From the NCBI GenBank assembly GCA_031409655.1, contig JANNXQ010000012.1:43509-107508 (forward strand): a stretch of 64,000 nt of DNA, read 5' to 3'. The first letter of the stretch is position 1, and each line of letters begins with the position of its first letter. Below, in pieces: positions 8,112 to 17,902 of the stretch. The notes below the pieces were generated by a model. It worked only from the letters and a program-made list of their open reading frames with translations, had not been told where the DNA came from and searched no databases. The DNA is from Chthoniobacteraceae bacterium (GTDB taxonomy: Bacteria; Verrucomicrobiota; Verrucomicrobiia; Chthoniobacterales; Chthoniobacteraceae). Position numbers and translations under genes: made by a program.

Positions 8112-10613
8112 ATGGCCAAGACTCTCGTTATCGCGGAAAAGCCCAGTGTCGCCGCTGATTTGGCCAAAGTGCTGGGGCGTTGTAAGAAGGAGACCGACTA
8201 CTACGAGAGCGATCAGTATGTGATCTCGTCGGCGGTCGGCCATCTGCTCGAACTCGCCCCGCCGGAGGGCTTTGAGCCCGCCCGGGGGAAGTGGAATATC
8301 GAGAATCTGCCGTCGCTGCCGCCCGAGTTTGCGCTCGTGCCGATCGAGAAAAATGTGAATCGGCTAAACGTCCTGAAGCGACTGCTGAAGCGGAAGGATG
8401 TGGATGAAGTCATCGATGCGTGCGACGCCGGGCGTGAGGGGGAACTCATTTTCCGCAATGTGATGCGACATACGGGCTGCAAGAAGCCGAGCAAGCGGCT
8501 GTGGCTCCAGTCGATGACCCCGGACGCCATCCGGACGGCTTTCAGTAATCTGCGGAGCGATGAGGAAATGCGGCCGCTGTCGGACGCGGCGACTTCCCGG
8601 AGCGAGTCGGACTGGCTGGTCGGGATCAATTCCACGCGCGCCCTCACGGCCTTTAATACGAAGGCGATGGGCGGCTTTCAGAAGACCACCGCTGGGCGGG
8701 TGCAGACGCCGACGCTGGCGATCCTCGTGGAGCGGGAGGAGCGCATCCGGGCGTTTAAGGCGAAGACGTATTTTGAGGTCTATGGCGACTTTGGTGTAGA
8801 TGCGGGGAGTTATCGCGGGCGCTGGTTTGACGATAAATTTACGAAGAAGACGGGAGAAGAGGAAGGTAAGGCGGAGCGCATCTGGGAGAAGGCCAAGGCA
8901 GAAACGATCAAGGCAAAGTGCGATGGAAAGCCGGGCACGATCACGGAGGAAAAGAAGCCGACCTCGCAGATCAGTCCGCAGCTCTACGACCTCACGACTT
9001 TGCAGCGGGAGGCAAATCAGCGGTTCGGTTTCCCGGCCCGGATGACGCTCCAGATCGCCCAGGCGCTCTACGAGAAGCACAAGGTGCTGACCTATCCGCG
9101 GACGGACTCGCGTTATCTGCCGGAGGATCACGTGGCGACGGCGAAGGAGGTGATGACGAGCTTCGACGATGTCTCACTTTCGACCCACGCGACGAAGGCG
9201 CTCCAGCAGGGCTGGGTGAAGCCGAACAAGCGCATCTTCAATAATGCGAAGGTGAGTGATCACTTTGCCATCGTGCCGACAGGCACCTCGGCGAAGAGTC
9301 TGGACGAGAAGGAGCACAAAATTTTCGACATGGTCGCGCGCCGCTTTATCGCGGTGTTTTTCCCGGCGGCACAGTTTGAGGTGACGACGCGGATCACGAC
9401 AGTGGAGGCGGAGAAATTTAAGACTGATGGGAAGGTGATCGTCGATCCGGGCTGGCTCGCGGTCTATGGCCGGCAGGCGGAAGGCGATGGGGAGAATGAC
9501 CGGGCCATCGTGCCGATCCGGGCGGGCGAGACGGCGCGCACCGAAGGGATCGAGATCAGGGAATGCGAGACGAAGCCGCCGGCGCGTTTTTCCGAAGCGA
9601 CGCTGCTCTCCGCGATGGAAGGCGCGGGCAAACTCGTCGATGACGAGGAACTGCGCGAAGCGATGGCCGAGCGCGGGCTCGGCACACCCGCGACGCGGGC
9701 GCAGACCATTGAGGGGTTGATTTACGAGGGCTATCTCTTGCGGCAGGGTCGGGAGCTTTTTGTGACGGCGAAGGGGATGTCGCTCATCACGCTGCTGCGC
9801 AATGTGCAGGCAGAAGCGCTGACCAAGCCGGAACTCACTGGCGAATGGGAGCACAAGCTCCGGCGGATGGAGCGCGGCGAGCTTTCGCGCGATGTCTTCA
9901 TGGGCGAGATCCGCAAGCTCACGACGGAGATCGTGGAGAAAGTGCGCAAGGGCATCGGTCAGGAAGTGCATGGGACCTTTGAGGCGCTGGCGGTGAAGTG
10001 TCCGCGCTGCGCCGAGGGGCCGTTCAAGGAAACCTTCCGCGCATTTGAGTGTCCGGGCTGCAAGCTCATCGTCTGGAAGACCATGGCGGGGCGGGAATTT
10101 GAGCGCGAGGAAGTGCTGAAGCTCCTGACGGAGAAGCGCGTCGGGCCGCTGGAGAATTTTCGGAGCAAACTCGGGCGCACCTTTTCCGCGACGGTCATTT
10201 TCGACGAGCAGGAGTGGAAGCAGAAGTTCGACTTCGACAAAGGCGACGGTTCGGACAAACCGAACGGCGGGCTGGACATCACCCAAGCAAAGGCGCTCGG
10301 CGAATCGCCGGCGGGCGCAGTGTACGAAACGGACGCTGCCTACTTCTGCGTGCCGGCTGATCCGAAGGGGAAGACCGTCCGCATGGGCAAGCTGATCCTG
10401 CAAAAACACATCCCGCCAGAGCAGGCGTTGAAACTTTTCCGCGAAGGTAAGACGGACTTGCTTCCCCGCTTCATCTCGAAGAAGGGCAAGCCATTTGCCG
10501 CGCATCTGAAGCTCGAAGGAGACAAGGTCGGCTTTGAGTTTGCGCCGCGGGCGCCGAAGAAGCCCGCGAAGTCGAAGAAGCCTCCTGAGGCCCCGGCTGA
10601 GGAAGCGGCCTAA
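8112..10613 (+). CDS. topB: DNA topoisomerase III
   Basis: LVIAEKPSVA, DAGREGE, AGRVQTPTL, catalytic TYPRTDS, GLGTPATRA; C-terminal Cys cluster and FRSKLGRTF/FISKKGKPF repeats. Confidence 0.95.
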   Translation: MAKTLVIAEKPSVAADLAKVLGRCKKETDYYESDQYVISSAVGHLLELAPPEGFEPARGKWNIENLPSLPPEFALVPIEKNVNRLNVLKRLLKRKDVDEVIDACDAGREGELIFRNVMRHTGCKKPSKRLWLQSMTPDAIRTAFSNLRSDEEMRPLSDAATSRSESDWLVGINSTRALTAFNTKAMGGFQKTTAGRVQTPTLAILVEREERIRAFKAKTYFEVYGDFGVDAGSYRGRWFDDKFTKKTGEEEGKAERIWEKAKAETIKAKCDGKPGTITEEKKPTSQISPQLYDLTTLQREANQRFGFPARMTLQIAQALYEKHKVLTYPRTDSRYLPEDHVATAKEVMTSFDDVSLSTHATKALQQGWVKPNKRIFNNAKVSDHFAIVPTGTSAKSLDEKEHKIFDMVARRFIAVFFPAAQFEVTTRITTVEAEKFKTDGKVIVDPGWLAVYGRQAEGDGENDRAIVPIRAGETARTEGIEIRECETKPPARFSEATLLSAMEGAGKLVDDEELREAMAERGLGTPATRAQTIEGLIYEGYLLRQGRELFVTAKGMSLITLLRNVQAEALTKPELTGEWEHKLRRMERGELSRDVFMGEIRKLTTEIVEKVRKGIGQEVHGTFEALAVKCPRCAEGPFKETFRAFECPGCKLIVWKTMAGREFEREEVLKLLTEKRVGPLENFRSKLGRTFSATVIFDEQEWKQKFDFDKGDGSDKPNGGLDITQAKALGESPAGAVYETDAAYFCVPADPKGKTVRMGKLILQKHIPPEQALKLFREGKTDLLPRFISKKGKPFAAHLKLEGDKVGFEFAPRAPKKPAKSKKPPEAPAEEAA

Positions 10614-10616
10614 CTC

Positions 10617-10745
10617 CTGGGAGCGCCGCCGTCCCGTGCGGCATCCTGATTTTCCGCGCGAAGCGTCTCGCTTGCTAGAAGACCGAAATGAATTCGGCGC
10701 TGCGCGCCGCACACGGATTGCCGCACGGGACGGAGGCGCTCCCGG
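10617..10745. repeat. REP/REPIN-like palindromic element, copy 1
   Basis: 27-bp arm CTGGGAGCGCCGCCGTCCCGTGCGGCA (10617-10643) inverted at 10719-10745, between convergent topB and murA. Second copy at 50394-50505. Confidence 0.8.
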
Positions 10746-12005
10746 CTAGGCCTTCACCCGTTCGATGTGCGCGCCGAGGCCGTTGAGTTTTTCGTCAATG
10801 GACTCGTAACCGCGGTCGATGTGATAGACGCGGTTCACTTCGGTGACGCCTTCCGCTTGCAAGCCGGCGAGCACCAAGGCCGCAGACGCGCGAAGGTCGC
10901 TGGCCATCACGGGCGCGCCGCTCATGCGCTCGACGCCTTTGATGATCGCAGTCGGGCCGTTCAGCGAAATATCGGCGCCCATGCGCTTGAGTTCCGAGAC
11001 GTGCATGTAGCGCTGCGGGAAGATCGTCTCCGTGATGACGCTGATGCCGCCGGTCTTTGAAAGGAGCGCACACATTTGCGCCTGCATGTCGGTGGGGAAG
11101 CCGGGATAGGGCTCGGTCGTAAGTTCGAGCGATTTGGTGGCGCCATTGCCGCTGATCGTCACGCTGTCACCGTCGATGGAAATGACATAACCCGACCGCC
11201 TCAGCGCATCGATGACCGAGGTCAGGTGGCTCGCGTCCACGCGGCGCAGCTTCACGTCCTGCCCGGCGATCGCGCCGGCGGCGAGGAAAGTGCCGGCTTC
11301 GATGCGATCGGGGATGACTTCGTGCTCGGCCCCGTGCAACTCCTTGACGCCTTCGATGAGGATGCGTCGCGTGCCCGCGCCTTCGATCTTGGCCCCCATC
11401 TTGTTCAGGAAATTAGCAAGGTCCACGACCTCCGGTTCGGCGGCCGCGCTCTCGATCACCGTCAAGCCATCCGCGAGCACTGCGGCCATCATCACGTTAT
11501 CCGTGCCGAGGACGGTGGGCCCTTGTTTTCCGCGCAGATTGATCACGCCGCCTTTGAGTTCACCGGCGAAGACTTTCACATTCCCGGCGTCGATCCGGTG
11601 CGCGGCGCCGAGCGCCTCGAAGCCTTTCAAATGCAAATCGATTGGACGATCGCCGATGATGCAGCCACCCGGAAGCGAGACCGTCGCTTCTTTTTCCCGG
11701 CCGAGCAGCGGACCGAGCACGCAGACGGACGCCCGCATTTTCCGGACGATTTCGTAAGGCGCTTCTGTGATGATTTTCTCCGCCTGCACGGTGACGGTGC
11801 CGCTGGCCCGCTCCACCTGCGCGCCGAGATGCGAGAGGATCTGCAGCATATAGTGGATGTCGCTGAGGTCCGGCACGTGATGGACGACGCATTGCTCTTT
11901 GGTGAGCAGCGTGGCGGCGAGGATCGGCAGCGCGGAGTTTTTTGAGCCGCTGATGCGGACGCTGCCGCTGAGTTTTTTGCCGCCGTGAACGAGAATCTTA
12001 TCCAT
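10746..12005 (-). CDS. murA: UDP-N-acetylglucosamine 1-carboxyvinyltransferase
   Basis: [28 protein letters not shown] (catalytic Cys), [21 protein letters not shown]. Confidence 0.97.
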   Translation of the reverse strand: MDKILVHGGKKLSGSVRISGSKNSALPILAATLLTKEQCVVHHVPDLSDIHYMLQILSHLGAQVERASGTVTVQAEKIITEAPYEIVRKMRASVCVLGPLLGREKEATVSLPGGCIIGDRPIDLHLKGFEALGAAHRIDAGNVKVFAGELKGGVINLRGKQGPTVLGTDNVMMAAVLADGLTVIESAAAEPEVVDLANFLNKMGAKIEGAGTRRILIEGVKELHGAEHEVIPDRIEAGTFLAAGAIAGQDVKLRRVDASHLTSVIDALRRSGYVISIDGDSVTISGNGATKSLELTTEPYPGFPTDMQAQMCALLSKTGGISVITETIFPQRYMHVSELKRMGADISLNGPTAIIKGVERMSGAPVMASDLRASAALVLAGLQAEGVTEVNRVYHIDRGYESIDEKLNGLGAHIERVKA

Positions 12006-12825
12006 AGGTTGCGAAGAGGAATCGGTGGCGACCTTGGTAGTCGCTCACAGTGCGGATGTCTTGGAAATTGTGGGCCGCGAGTTCGGCGGTGAGCGGCGCG
12101 GATTGATCGTGGCCGATTTCCAGAGCGAGCCGGCCGCGCAAATGTTTCGGGGCTTCGGCGATGAGTCGGCGGAGAAGTTCGAGGCCGTCAGTGCCGCCGT
12201 CGAGTGCGCTGAGCGGATCGTGCTGAACTTCACGGGCGAGCGTCGGGATGATCGCGGAGTCGATGTAGGGCAGATTTGCGACGATGAGATCGTACTCCCC
12301 CTCGACTCCCGCGAGAAGGTCGCTACGGAAAAAGCGCACGCGATTGGCGAAACCGAGGCGTTCCGCATTTTCCGCAGCCAGGGCTAGCGCGTCTTCCGAG
12401 AGATCGACTGCTTCCACCTGCGTCTCTGGCCACGGCGCGGCGAGGGTGAGCGCGATGACGCCGCTCCCTGTGCCGACGTCGAGGAGGCGGCGCGGATGGC
12501 TATCGGCGAGGACGAGTTCGCAAAGCTGCTCCGTCTCGGGCCGGGGGATGAGAGCGCGTCGATCGCAGGCAAAGGTGCGTCCGCAAAACTCCACGGTCCC
12601 GAGCAAATGCTGCAAAGGCTCACCCGCCGCGCGCCTTTTCACCAAGCCGCGCAAAGGCTCCAGCGCAGTCTCCTCGAGCGCGCGATCGAATTGCAGGTAA
12701 AGCTCCATCCGCTTCTGACCGAGTACGTGGGCGAGCAGGTGCTCGATATTCAGCCGGGCATTTTCGACCCCGCTTTTTTGAAAGTAAGCGGTGGTGGCCT
12801 GGATGACCTCGAGGACGGTTTTCAT
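11998..12825 (-). CDS. prmC: Release factor glutamine methyltransferase
   Basis: [39 protein letters not shown]. Confidence 0.95.
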   Translation of the reverse strand: MKTVLEVIQATTAYFQKSGVENARLNIEHLLAHVLGQKRMELYLQFDRALEETALEPLRGLVKRRAAGEPLQHLLGTVEFCGRTFACDRRALIPRPETEQLCELVLADSHPRRLLDVGTGSGVIALTLAAPWPETQVEAVDLSEDALALAAENAERLGFANRVRFFRSDLLAGVEGEYDLIVANLPYIDSAIIPTLAREVQHDPLSALDGGTDGLELLRRLIAEAPKHLRGRLALEIGHDQSAPLTAELAAHNFQDIRTVSDYQGRHRFLFATYG

Positions 12826-12898
12826 GGAGCGCGCTGTTTTAGCGGCGAGTGCCAGTGGGAGCAAACGATACGGACGGAGGTGGGCCGAAAAGCGAGAT

Positions 12899-13273
12899 AT
12901 GGAAATTATAGATCAGGCACGCCTCTTGCATCAAGAAGGGTGCATGAGCGCCTTTCCACAAAGCGCCTTGCAGTCCGGCCGATCTCCCATCGACCCGCCT
13001 GCAAAGCCGCCGCGCGAAATTTTACCCGACCACAGCGGGCGCCGGGGCGCGGTGGTGCGCACGGATGCGGAGGCCGAGTATGCCGCGGTCTTCGGCGCTT
13101 TCGGTATCGTGCAGCAAGCGAAGGAAGGCTTCATCGCCGCGCGCTTCAGCCCGAATCAGCCGTTGCGGATGAAGCGCCTGAGCAATGCCCGGCGGGAACT
13201 GCCGATGCCTTACGCGGAGGTGGCGTGCGTTTTCTACTCCGCCACTCATTTCGAGAATTCGCTCGCGGCCTGA
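12899..13273 (+). CDS. Hypothetical protein
   Basis: ORF fills the gap between prmC and the kinase. Start uncertain (12899 or 12944). Confidence 0.45.
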   Translation: MEIIDQARLLHQEGCMSAFPQSALQSGRSPIDPPAKPPREILPDHSGRRGAVVRTDAEAEYAAVFGAFGIVQQAKEGFIAARFSPNQPLRMKRLSNARRELPMPYAEVACVFYSATHFENSLAA

Positions 13274-13342
13274 GTGGGTCGCCGATGTTTGGATTGCGGC
13301 GCACTTTCACGCCGCAATCTGCCGCCACCGCCGCTCGCGAGA

Positions 13343-16300
13343 TTAGCTCTGGAGCACGGACTTTGGCTGGCGCGGCAGCGCGAGGACTTCCGTGACCTTC
13401 CGGCACATGGCGTCGATCGGGTAGGGCTTCGCCAGCATGCCGGTGAAGCCGAAGTCCTGGTAGCGGCTGATCACGGGATCATTGGCATAGCCGCTCGAGA
13501 CGATCGCGCGCACTTCCGGGTCGATTTCGCAGAGGCGCTTGATGGTCTCCTGGCCACCCATGCCGCCCGGGATGGTGAGATCCGAGATGACGAGGTCGAA
13601 GGTCTTCCCTTCTTTCATCGCGGCGTCGTAAGCGGCAACGGTGTCCTTGCCATCGCGGGTGATCGTCACCTGGTGTCCAAGATCCTCGAGCGCGTATTGG
13701 ATGACCATGCAGATCGCCTCCTCGTCATCGAGGATGAGCACGCGAGCTGGCGTCTCCGCGACTGGCGGTGGCGGGAGTGGAGCGCTGGGCAGTTCCCTTT
13801 CCGACGCCGGCAGGTAGGTCGTGAATGCGGAGCCCATGCCGGGTTCGGACTCGAGCACGATCGAGCTGCCGTGATTGCGGATGATGCGGTGCGCCGTGGC
13901 GAGGCCGAGTCCAGCGCCCTTCGGTTTTGTGGTGAAATAGGGATCGAAAATTTTCTGCTGGTACTCCTCCGGAATGCCGATGCCTTCATCGCGGATGGAG
14001 ACGCGCACCCAGCGTCCGGCGCGCAGCATGAGGTCCGGTTCGTCGTCCCCCAGTTCGAGATTTTCGGCCACGACGCGGATCGTGCCTCCGGCGGGCATAG
14101 CCTGATCGGCATTGAGGACGAGGTGATGGATGACCTGGCTCAACTGTCCAGGATCGGCATCCACTGGCCAGAGATTGTCGGGAAAGGTGGATTCGCACCA
14201 GGCCTTGGATCCCTGAAGCGTGCAGGCCACGGTGTCGCGGATGAGCTGGGCGATCGAAATGGTCTGGAGCACCGGTGCGCCGCCTTTGGCAAAGGGCAGG
14301 AGTTGTTGCGCGAGTTCCTGGGCCCGCGCCGTGGCTTTCCCTGCTTCCTCCAGTTGCAGCCGGCTGCGTTCGCTGAGGCCTGGCGACTTGAGGACGAGCG
14401 AGACATTCCCCACAATCATGGTGAGGATGTTATTAAAATCGTGCGCGATCCCGCCGGCGAGGAGGCCGAGCGACTCGAGCTTCTCGGCTTTTTGCTGCTC
14501 CTCGGCGGCCCGCATTTTTTCGGTGACGTCGCGGAAGACGATCACGACGCCCTCTTTCCGGTTCGACTTGTTGCGGATGGGGGAAGTCGAGCACTCCACG
14601 AGGCGTTCGTCCCCGGCGCTCGAGACGAGGATCGCCGGGTAGTTGATGTCTTCCGAAGTGCCGGTCTCGACGATCCGCGCGAGCGCGTGCTGGCAGCGTT
14701 TGCGCGTCCTTTCATGGAGCAGGTGGAAGATCTCGTAGAGCGGCTTCCCGATGGCGCGGGTTTGTGACAGACCGATGAGCTGTTCGGCCACGGCATTCAG
14801 CATGAGCACGTTGCCCTCGTTGTTCGTCGTGATGAATCCTTCACCAATCGAGCGCAGGGTCACCGCGAGTCGTTCCTTCTCCGCGGCGAGATCTTCCTCA
14901 ATGCGCTTGCGCACAATCTCCGCACCGGCCCGCGCGCCGATGATTTGGAGCGCCGATTCGATGACCTGCGTTTCCCCGAGCGGCTTGCGATCAATGACGC
15001 CGATGAGGCCGATCGTGCGCTGATTTTGATCCACAAGCGGCATGCCGACGAAGCTTTCGGCACCGAGGGTCTCGAGGATGGCATCCTCCGGAAACTTTGC
15101 GCGGACGCTGCTGGGGTAAATGCGGAAGCCTTTGTTGAGGGATTCGCCGCACGCGGTGTTGGCGAGATTCTCCTGCGAGGTCCGCTGGATCACGCCCTTG
15201 GTGGCCAGGGTGAGATTGGTGGTCGCCTCCTCGCCCCGCCCAGTCATCTCGACGAGGAAGGCGAACTCTTGATCGAGTGCTTTCGAGAGCTCTTTGAGCA
15301 GCGAGCGCACGAACTCTTCGCCCGTCGCGGAGGACACGCCGAGGCCGATGTGTTTCAGCGTGTCTTCCGAACGGCTGCGCTCGGTGACGTCGCGGATGAT
15401 CGCGACGAATTGCTTGCGCGTGCCGACGAGCATTTCGCTCAGGGAAATCTCGATCGGGAAGGGGTAGTAACCTTGCCGCTGCCCGATCGCCATCATCGCG
15501 CCGCGGCTCAGGCCATTCATGTCGTGGAGGAGATGCCGCTGCGGGATCAGCGTCGAAATGTTTTGTCCGACCATGGCCTTCTCCTCTTGGACGAAGATTT
15601 TCTCCGCAGCCGGATTCATCGAGAGGATCAGGCCGTGATCGTCCAGGGTGACGACCCCGTCGAGCGTGGTGAAAATGATGGCCCGCGTCTGCGCGTGGAC
15701 CGCGTCGGATTTTTCGCGGTATTCGCGGAAGGATTTCCGACCCGTGACGGTGGCGGCAATGATGAAACCAATCGCCAGGACGGCGACGAGGGTGGCTCCG
15801 AGGGTCTGGATGGTTCGGGCGAGTTTCGTCGTCTGGCGGGCGGCTTCACTCGCGCCTTCATACTCTGCGAGAAGTTGTCCCGTGGAGGCGCGCAGACCGT
15901 CGAGGATCGGTTTGCCGGTATTTCGGGCAACGAGACTGGTCACTTCCTGGCTCCGTTTGCGGGCCTCAATCTCCGGGAGCGCTGCGGTGCTCAACCAGCG
16001 CTCCACCTCGCGCTCAAATCCGCGCACGGTGTCGTGGTGACCGTTCTTTTCGCGGAGCTGTGGGAGGAGTCGCAGGGTCGTCGCTTTGAGCGCCGCGGCA
16101 GCGTTGTGGAATGCTTCGAGTTGACCGCTTTGCCCGCCGAGAAGGTAGGCGTGCTGCGCTGCCTCCACCTTCGCCAGTGCGACCTCGAACTCCGCAAGAT
16201 TGCGCATTGAGACGAGGGTGTCATTGCGGCGGCTTTCACTGGTCCGTTCGAGTTTGGCCACGAAAAGAGCGATCGCCGCGAGCACGACGATGACGGTCGT

Positions 16301-16411
16301 GCCGATCAGCGCGACATTGATCAGCCGACCCTCCGGTCCACCATTCGTTCTCGAGAACCTGCGCAATTTACGCAGCGTCGGAATACGGTCGGCGGCTTCT
16401 GATTTCGGCAT
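13343..16411 (-). CDS. Hybrid sensor histidine kinase (CHASE3-like, PAS, GAF, PAS, HisKA, HATPase, REC)
   Basis: Two TM helices around a helical periplasmic domain, PAS motifs (MNPAAEKIF, IRDVTER), AGGIAHDFNNIL, FTTKPKGAGLGL, receiver LILDDE...DLTIPGG...KP. Confidence 0.9.
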   Translation of the reverse strand: MPKSEAADRIPTLRKLRRFSRTNGGPEGRLINVALIGTTVIVVLAAIALFVAKLERTSESRRNDTLVSMRNLAEFEVALAKVEAAQHAYLLGGQSGQLEAFHNAAAALKATTLRLLPQLREKNGHHDTVRGFEREVERWLSTAALPEIEARKRSQEVTSLVARNTGKPILDGLRASTGQLLAEYEGASEAARQTTKLARTIQTLGATLVAVLAIGFIIAATVTGRKSFREYREKSDAVHAQTRAIIFTTLDGVVTLDDHGLILSMNPAAEKIFVQEEKAMVGQNISTLIPQRHLLHDMNGLSRGAMMAIGQRQGYYPFPIEISLSEMLVGTRKQFVAIIRDVTERSRSEDTLKHIGLGVSSATGEEFVRSLLKELSKALDQEFAFLVEMTGRGEEATTNLTLATKGVIQRTSQENLANTACGESLNKGFRIYPSSVRAKFPEDAILETLGAESFVGMPLVDQNQRTIGLIGVIDRKPLGETQVIESALQIIGARAGAEIVRKRIEEDLAAEKERLAVTLRSIGEGFITTNNEGNVLMLNAVAEQLIGLSQTRAIGKPLYEIFHLLHERTRKRCQHALARIVETGTSEDINYPAILVSSAGDERLVECSTSPIRNKSNRKEGVVIVFRDVTEKMRAAEEQQKAEKLESLGLLAGGIAHDFNNILTMIVGNVSLVLKSPGLSERSRLQLEEAGKATARAQELAQQLLPFAKGGAPVLQTISIAQLIRDTVACTLQGSKAWCESTFPDNLWPVDADPGQLSQVIHHLVLNADQAMPAGGTIRVVAENLELGDDEPDLMLRAGRWVRVSIRDEGIGIPEEYQQKIFDPYFTTKPKGAGLGLATAHRIIRNHGSSIVLESEPGMGSAFTTYLPASERELPSAPLPPPPVAETPARVLILDDEEAICMVIQYALEDLGHQVTITRDGKDTVAAYDAAMKEGKTFDLVISDLTIPGGMGGQETIKRLCEIDPEVRAIVSSGYANDPVISRYQDFGFTGMLAKPYPIDAMCRKVTEVLALPRQPKSVLQS

Positions 16412-16465
16412 TTGACCGATCCTCAAGCCGAATCCGTGCCTTGGCGGGCGGAAGCCGCTCGCGGG

Positions 16466-16996
16466 TCAGTAGGTCAAGAGTGCGCGGATGGGCGCATTTC
16501 CGAGCGCTTTCCGCCCTCCGAGAAACGCCAGTTCGATGAGGAACATGACCTCGACTAGATTGCCGCCCGCCCGCTGGATCAGCGCCAGCGCCGCTGCGGC
16601 CGTGCCGCCCGTGGCCAGCAGATCGTCGATCAGCACCACGCGCTCGCCCGGCGCGATCGCATCAGTATGCATCTCTACGGTCGCCTCCCCATACTCCAGC
16701 CGGTACGCCGCCGACTCGCAGTGGTAAGGCAGCTTGCCTTTCTTGCGCACCGGGACAAAGCCGACGCCCAGTTCATGCGCGACCGCCGCTCCGAAGATGA
16801 ATCCCCGCGCGTCGATGGCGACGACTTTACCCACCGCCAGTTTGCGACAAGCGGCCACAAAGTGCGCGACGGCGATCCGAAACAACGCGGGATCGGCAAG
16901 CACGGGAGTGATGTCTTTGAAGAGGATTCCCGGTTTGGGGAAGTCGGGCACATCACGGATGGCCGCGCGCAAGCGATCGAGATCGTCATTTTGCAT
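16466..16996 (-). CDS. apt: Adenine phosphoribosyltransferase
   Basis: PDFPKPGILFKDITP, DARGF, RKKGKLP, LEYG, IDDLLATGGT. Confidence 0.97.
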   Translation of the reverse strand: MQNDDLDRLRAAIRDVPDFPKPGILFKDITPVLADPALFRIAVAHFVAACRKLAVGKVVAIDARGFIFGAAVAHELGVGFVPVRKKGKLPYHCESAAYRLEYGEATVEMHTDAIAPGERVVLIDDLLATGGTAAAALALIQRAGGNLVEVMFLIELAFLGGRKALGNAPIRALLTY

Positions 16997-17093
16997 ACCG
17001 GCGGTTTTCGCAGAGGGGTGGGGGAGATGGCAAGATGCGCAGTGCCCAGCGCCAAAAGATTCGCCCGACGCCCTTCCACTGCCTGCCGCGCCG

Positions 17094-17747
17094 CTAGGCC
17101 GGCTGGGTGTGGAAGTAGTAGTCGAGAATGCGCGCCGGGTCCGCAGGCTGCGCATGGTGGTGCGCCACCGCATCCGCCGTGGGACCGAGGAGCTCGGCTG
17201 GGAGGCCGAGATCGTCATTCCCGTGGAGGAAGAGCGCCTTCAGGGAGTGCAGCTTCCGCAGTGAGTCGGGCAGGGTGCAGAGGAAATTCTCAGTGAGATC
17301 CAGCGTCTCAAGGCTGGTGAGTTCCCCCATCGATTCCGGAAGGTCGGTCATTTCATTGCAGGCCACATCGAGATGCCTGAGACGCGTGAGCGCGCCGATG
17401 ATCTGCGGCAGACTCGTCAGGAGATTGCAGGAAACATCGAAGGCTTCGAGCGCCGCGAGCCGGCCCAGCGAAGTCGGCAGCCAGGTGATGCGATTCCCGG
17501 AGGCTTCGATGGAGCGCAGGTTCGCGAGCCGCCCGAGCGCCGGCGGCAGGGTCGAGAGGTTGCTGCCGTGGTGCTCGATCTGGATACTTTCCAAGTCCAA
17601 GTGCTCCAGAGACACCAAGTCCCCGATGGATTCAGGGATTTCGTGGATATTAAGATCCCCGAGGATCAGCGTTTTCGCACCCAGCTTCAGCACCCGAGAG
17701 ATGCGATCTTCGGCAGAGTAGGCGGCGATTTGCACAGGTTTTTCCAT
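17094..17747 (-). CDS. Leucine-rich repeat protein
   Basis: About six 23-aa LPxxIGxLxxLxxLDLxxNxL repeats; ends LFLHGNDDLGLPAELLG...PARILDYYF. Confidence 0.85.
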   Translation of the reverse strand: MEKPVQIAAYSAEDRISRVLKLGAKTLILGDLNIHEIPESIGDLVSLEHLDLESIQIEHHGSNLSTLPPALGRLANLRSIEASGNRITWLPTSLGRLAALEAFDVSCNLLTSLPQIIGALTRLRHLDVACNEMTDLPESMGELTSLETLDLTENFLCTLPDSLRKLHSLKALFLHGNDDLGLPAELLGPTADAVAHHHAQPADPARILDYYFHTQPA

Positions 17748-17902
17748 TTTGGAGCCTCGGTTTCTGACCGTATTTACCTATTGAAATGCCGCTCCTTAGG
17801 CAAGGCCGAAGATATTTTTTGCGACGCCTGGCGCCCCGGGTTTTGGAATTGTCTGCGCCGCTGCATTGCGCTTCGTGCGAACCTCGCTATTTCATCCCCA
17901 AC

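Noticed and set aside
16425..16443. Sigma54 site upstream of the hybrid kinase (minus strand AGGCACGGATTCGGC)
   Set aside because: GG-N10-GC spacing is right, but the TTGC element is degenerate and it lies very close to the start codon; too weak to call.
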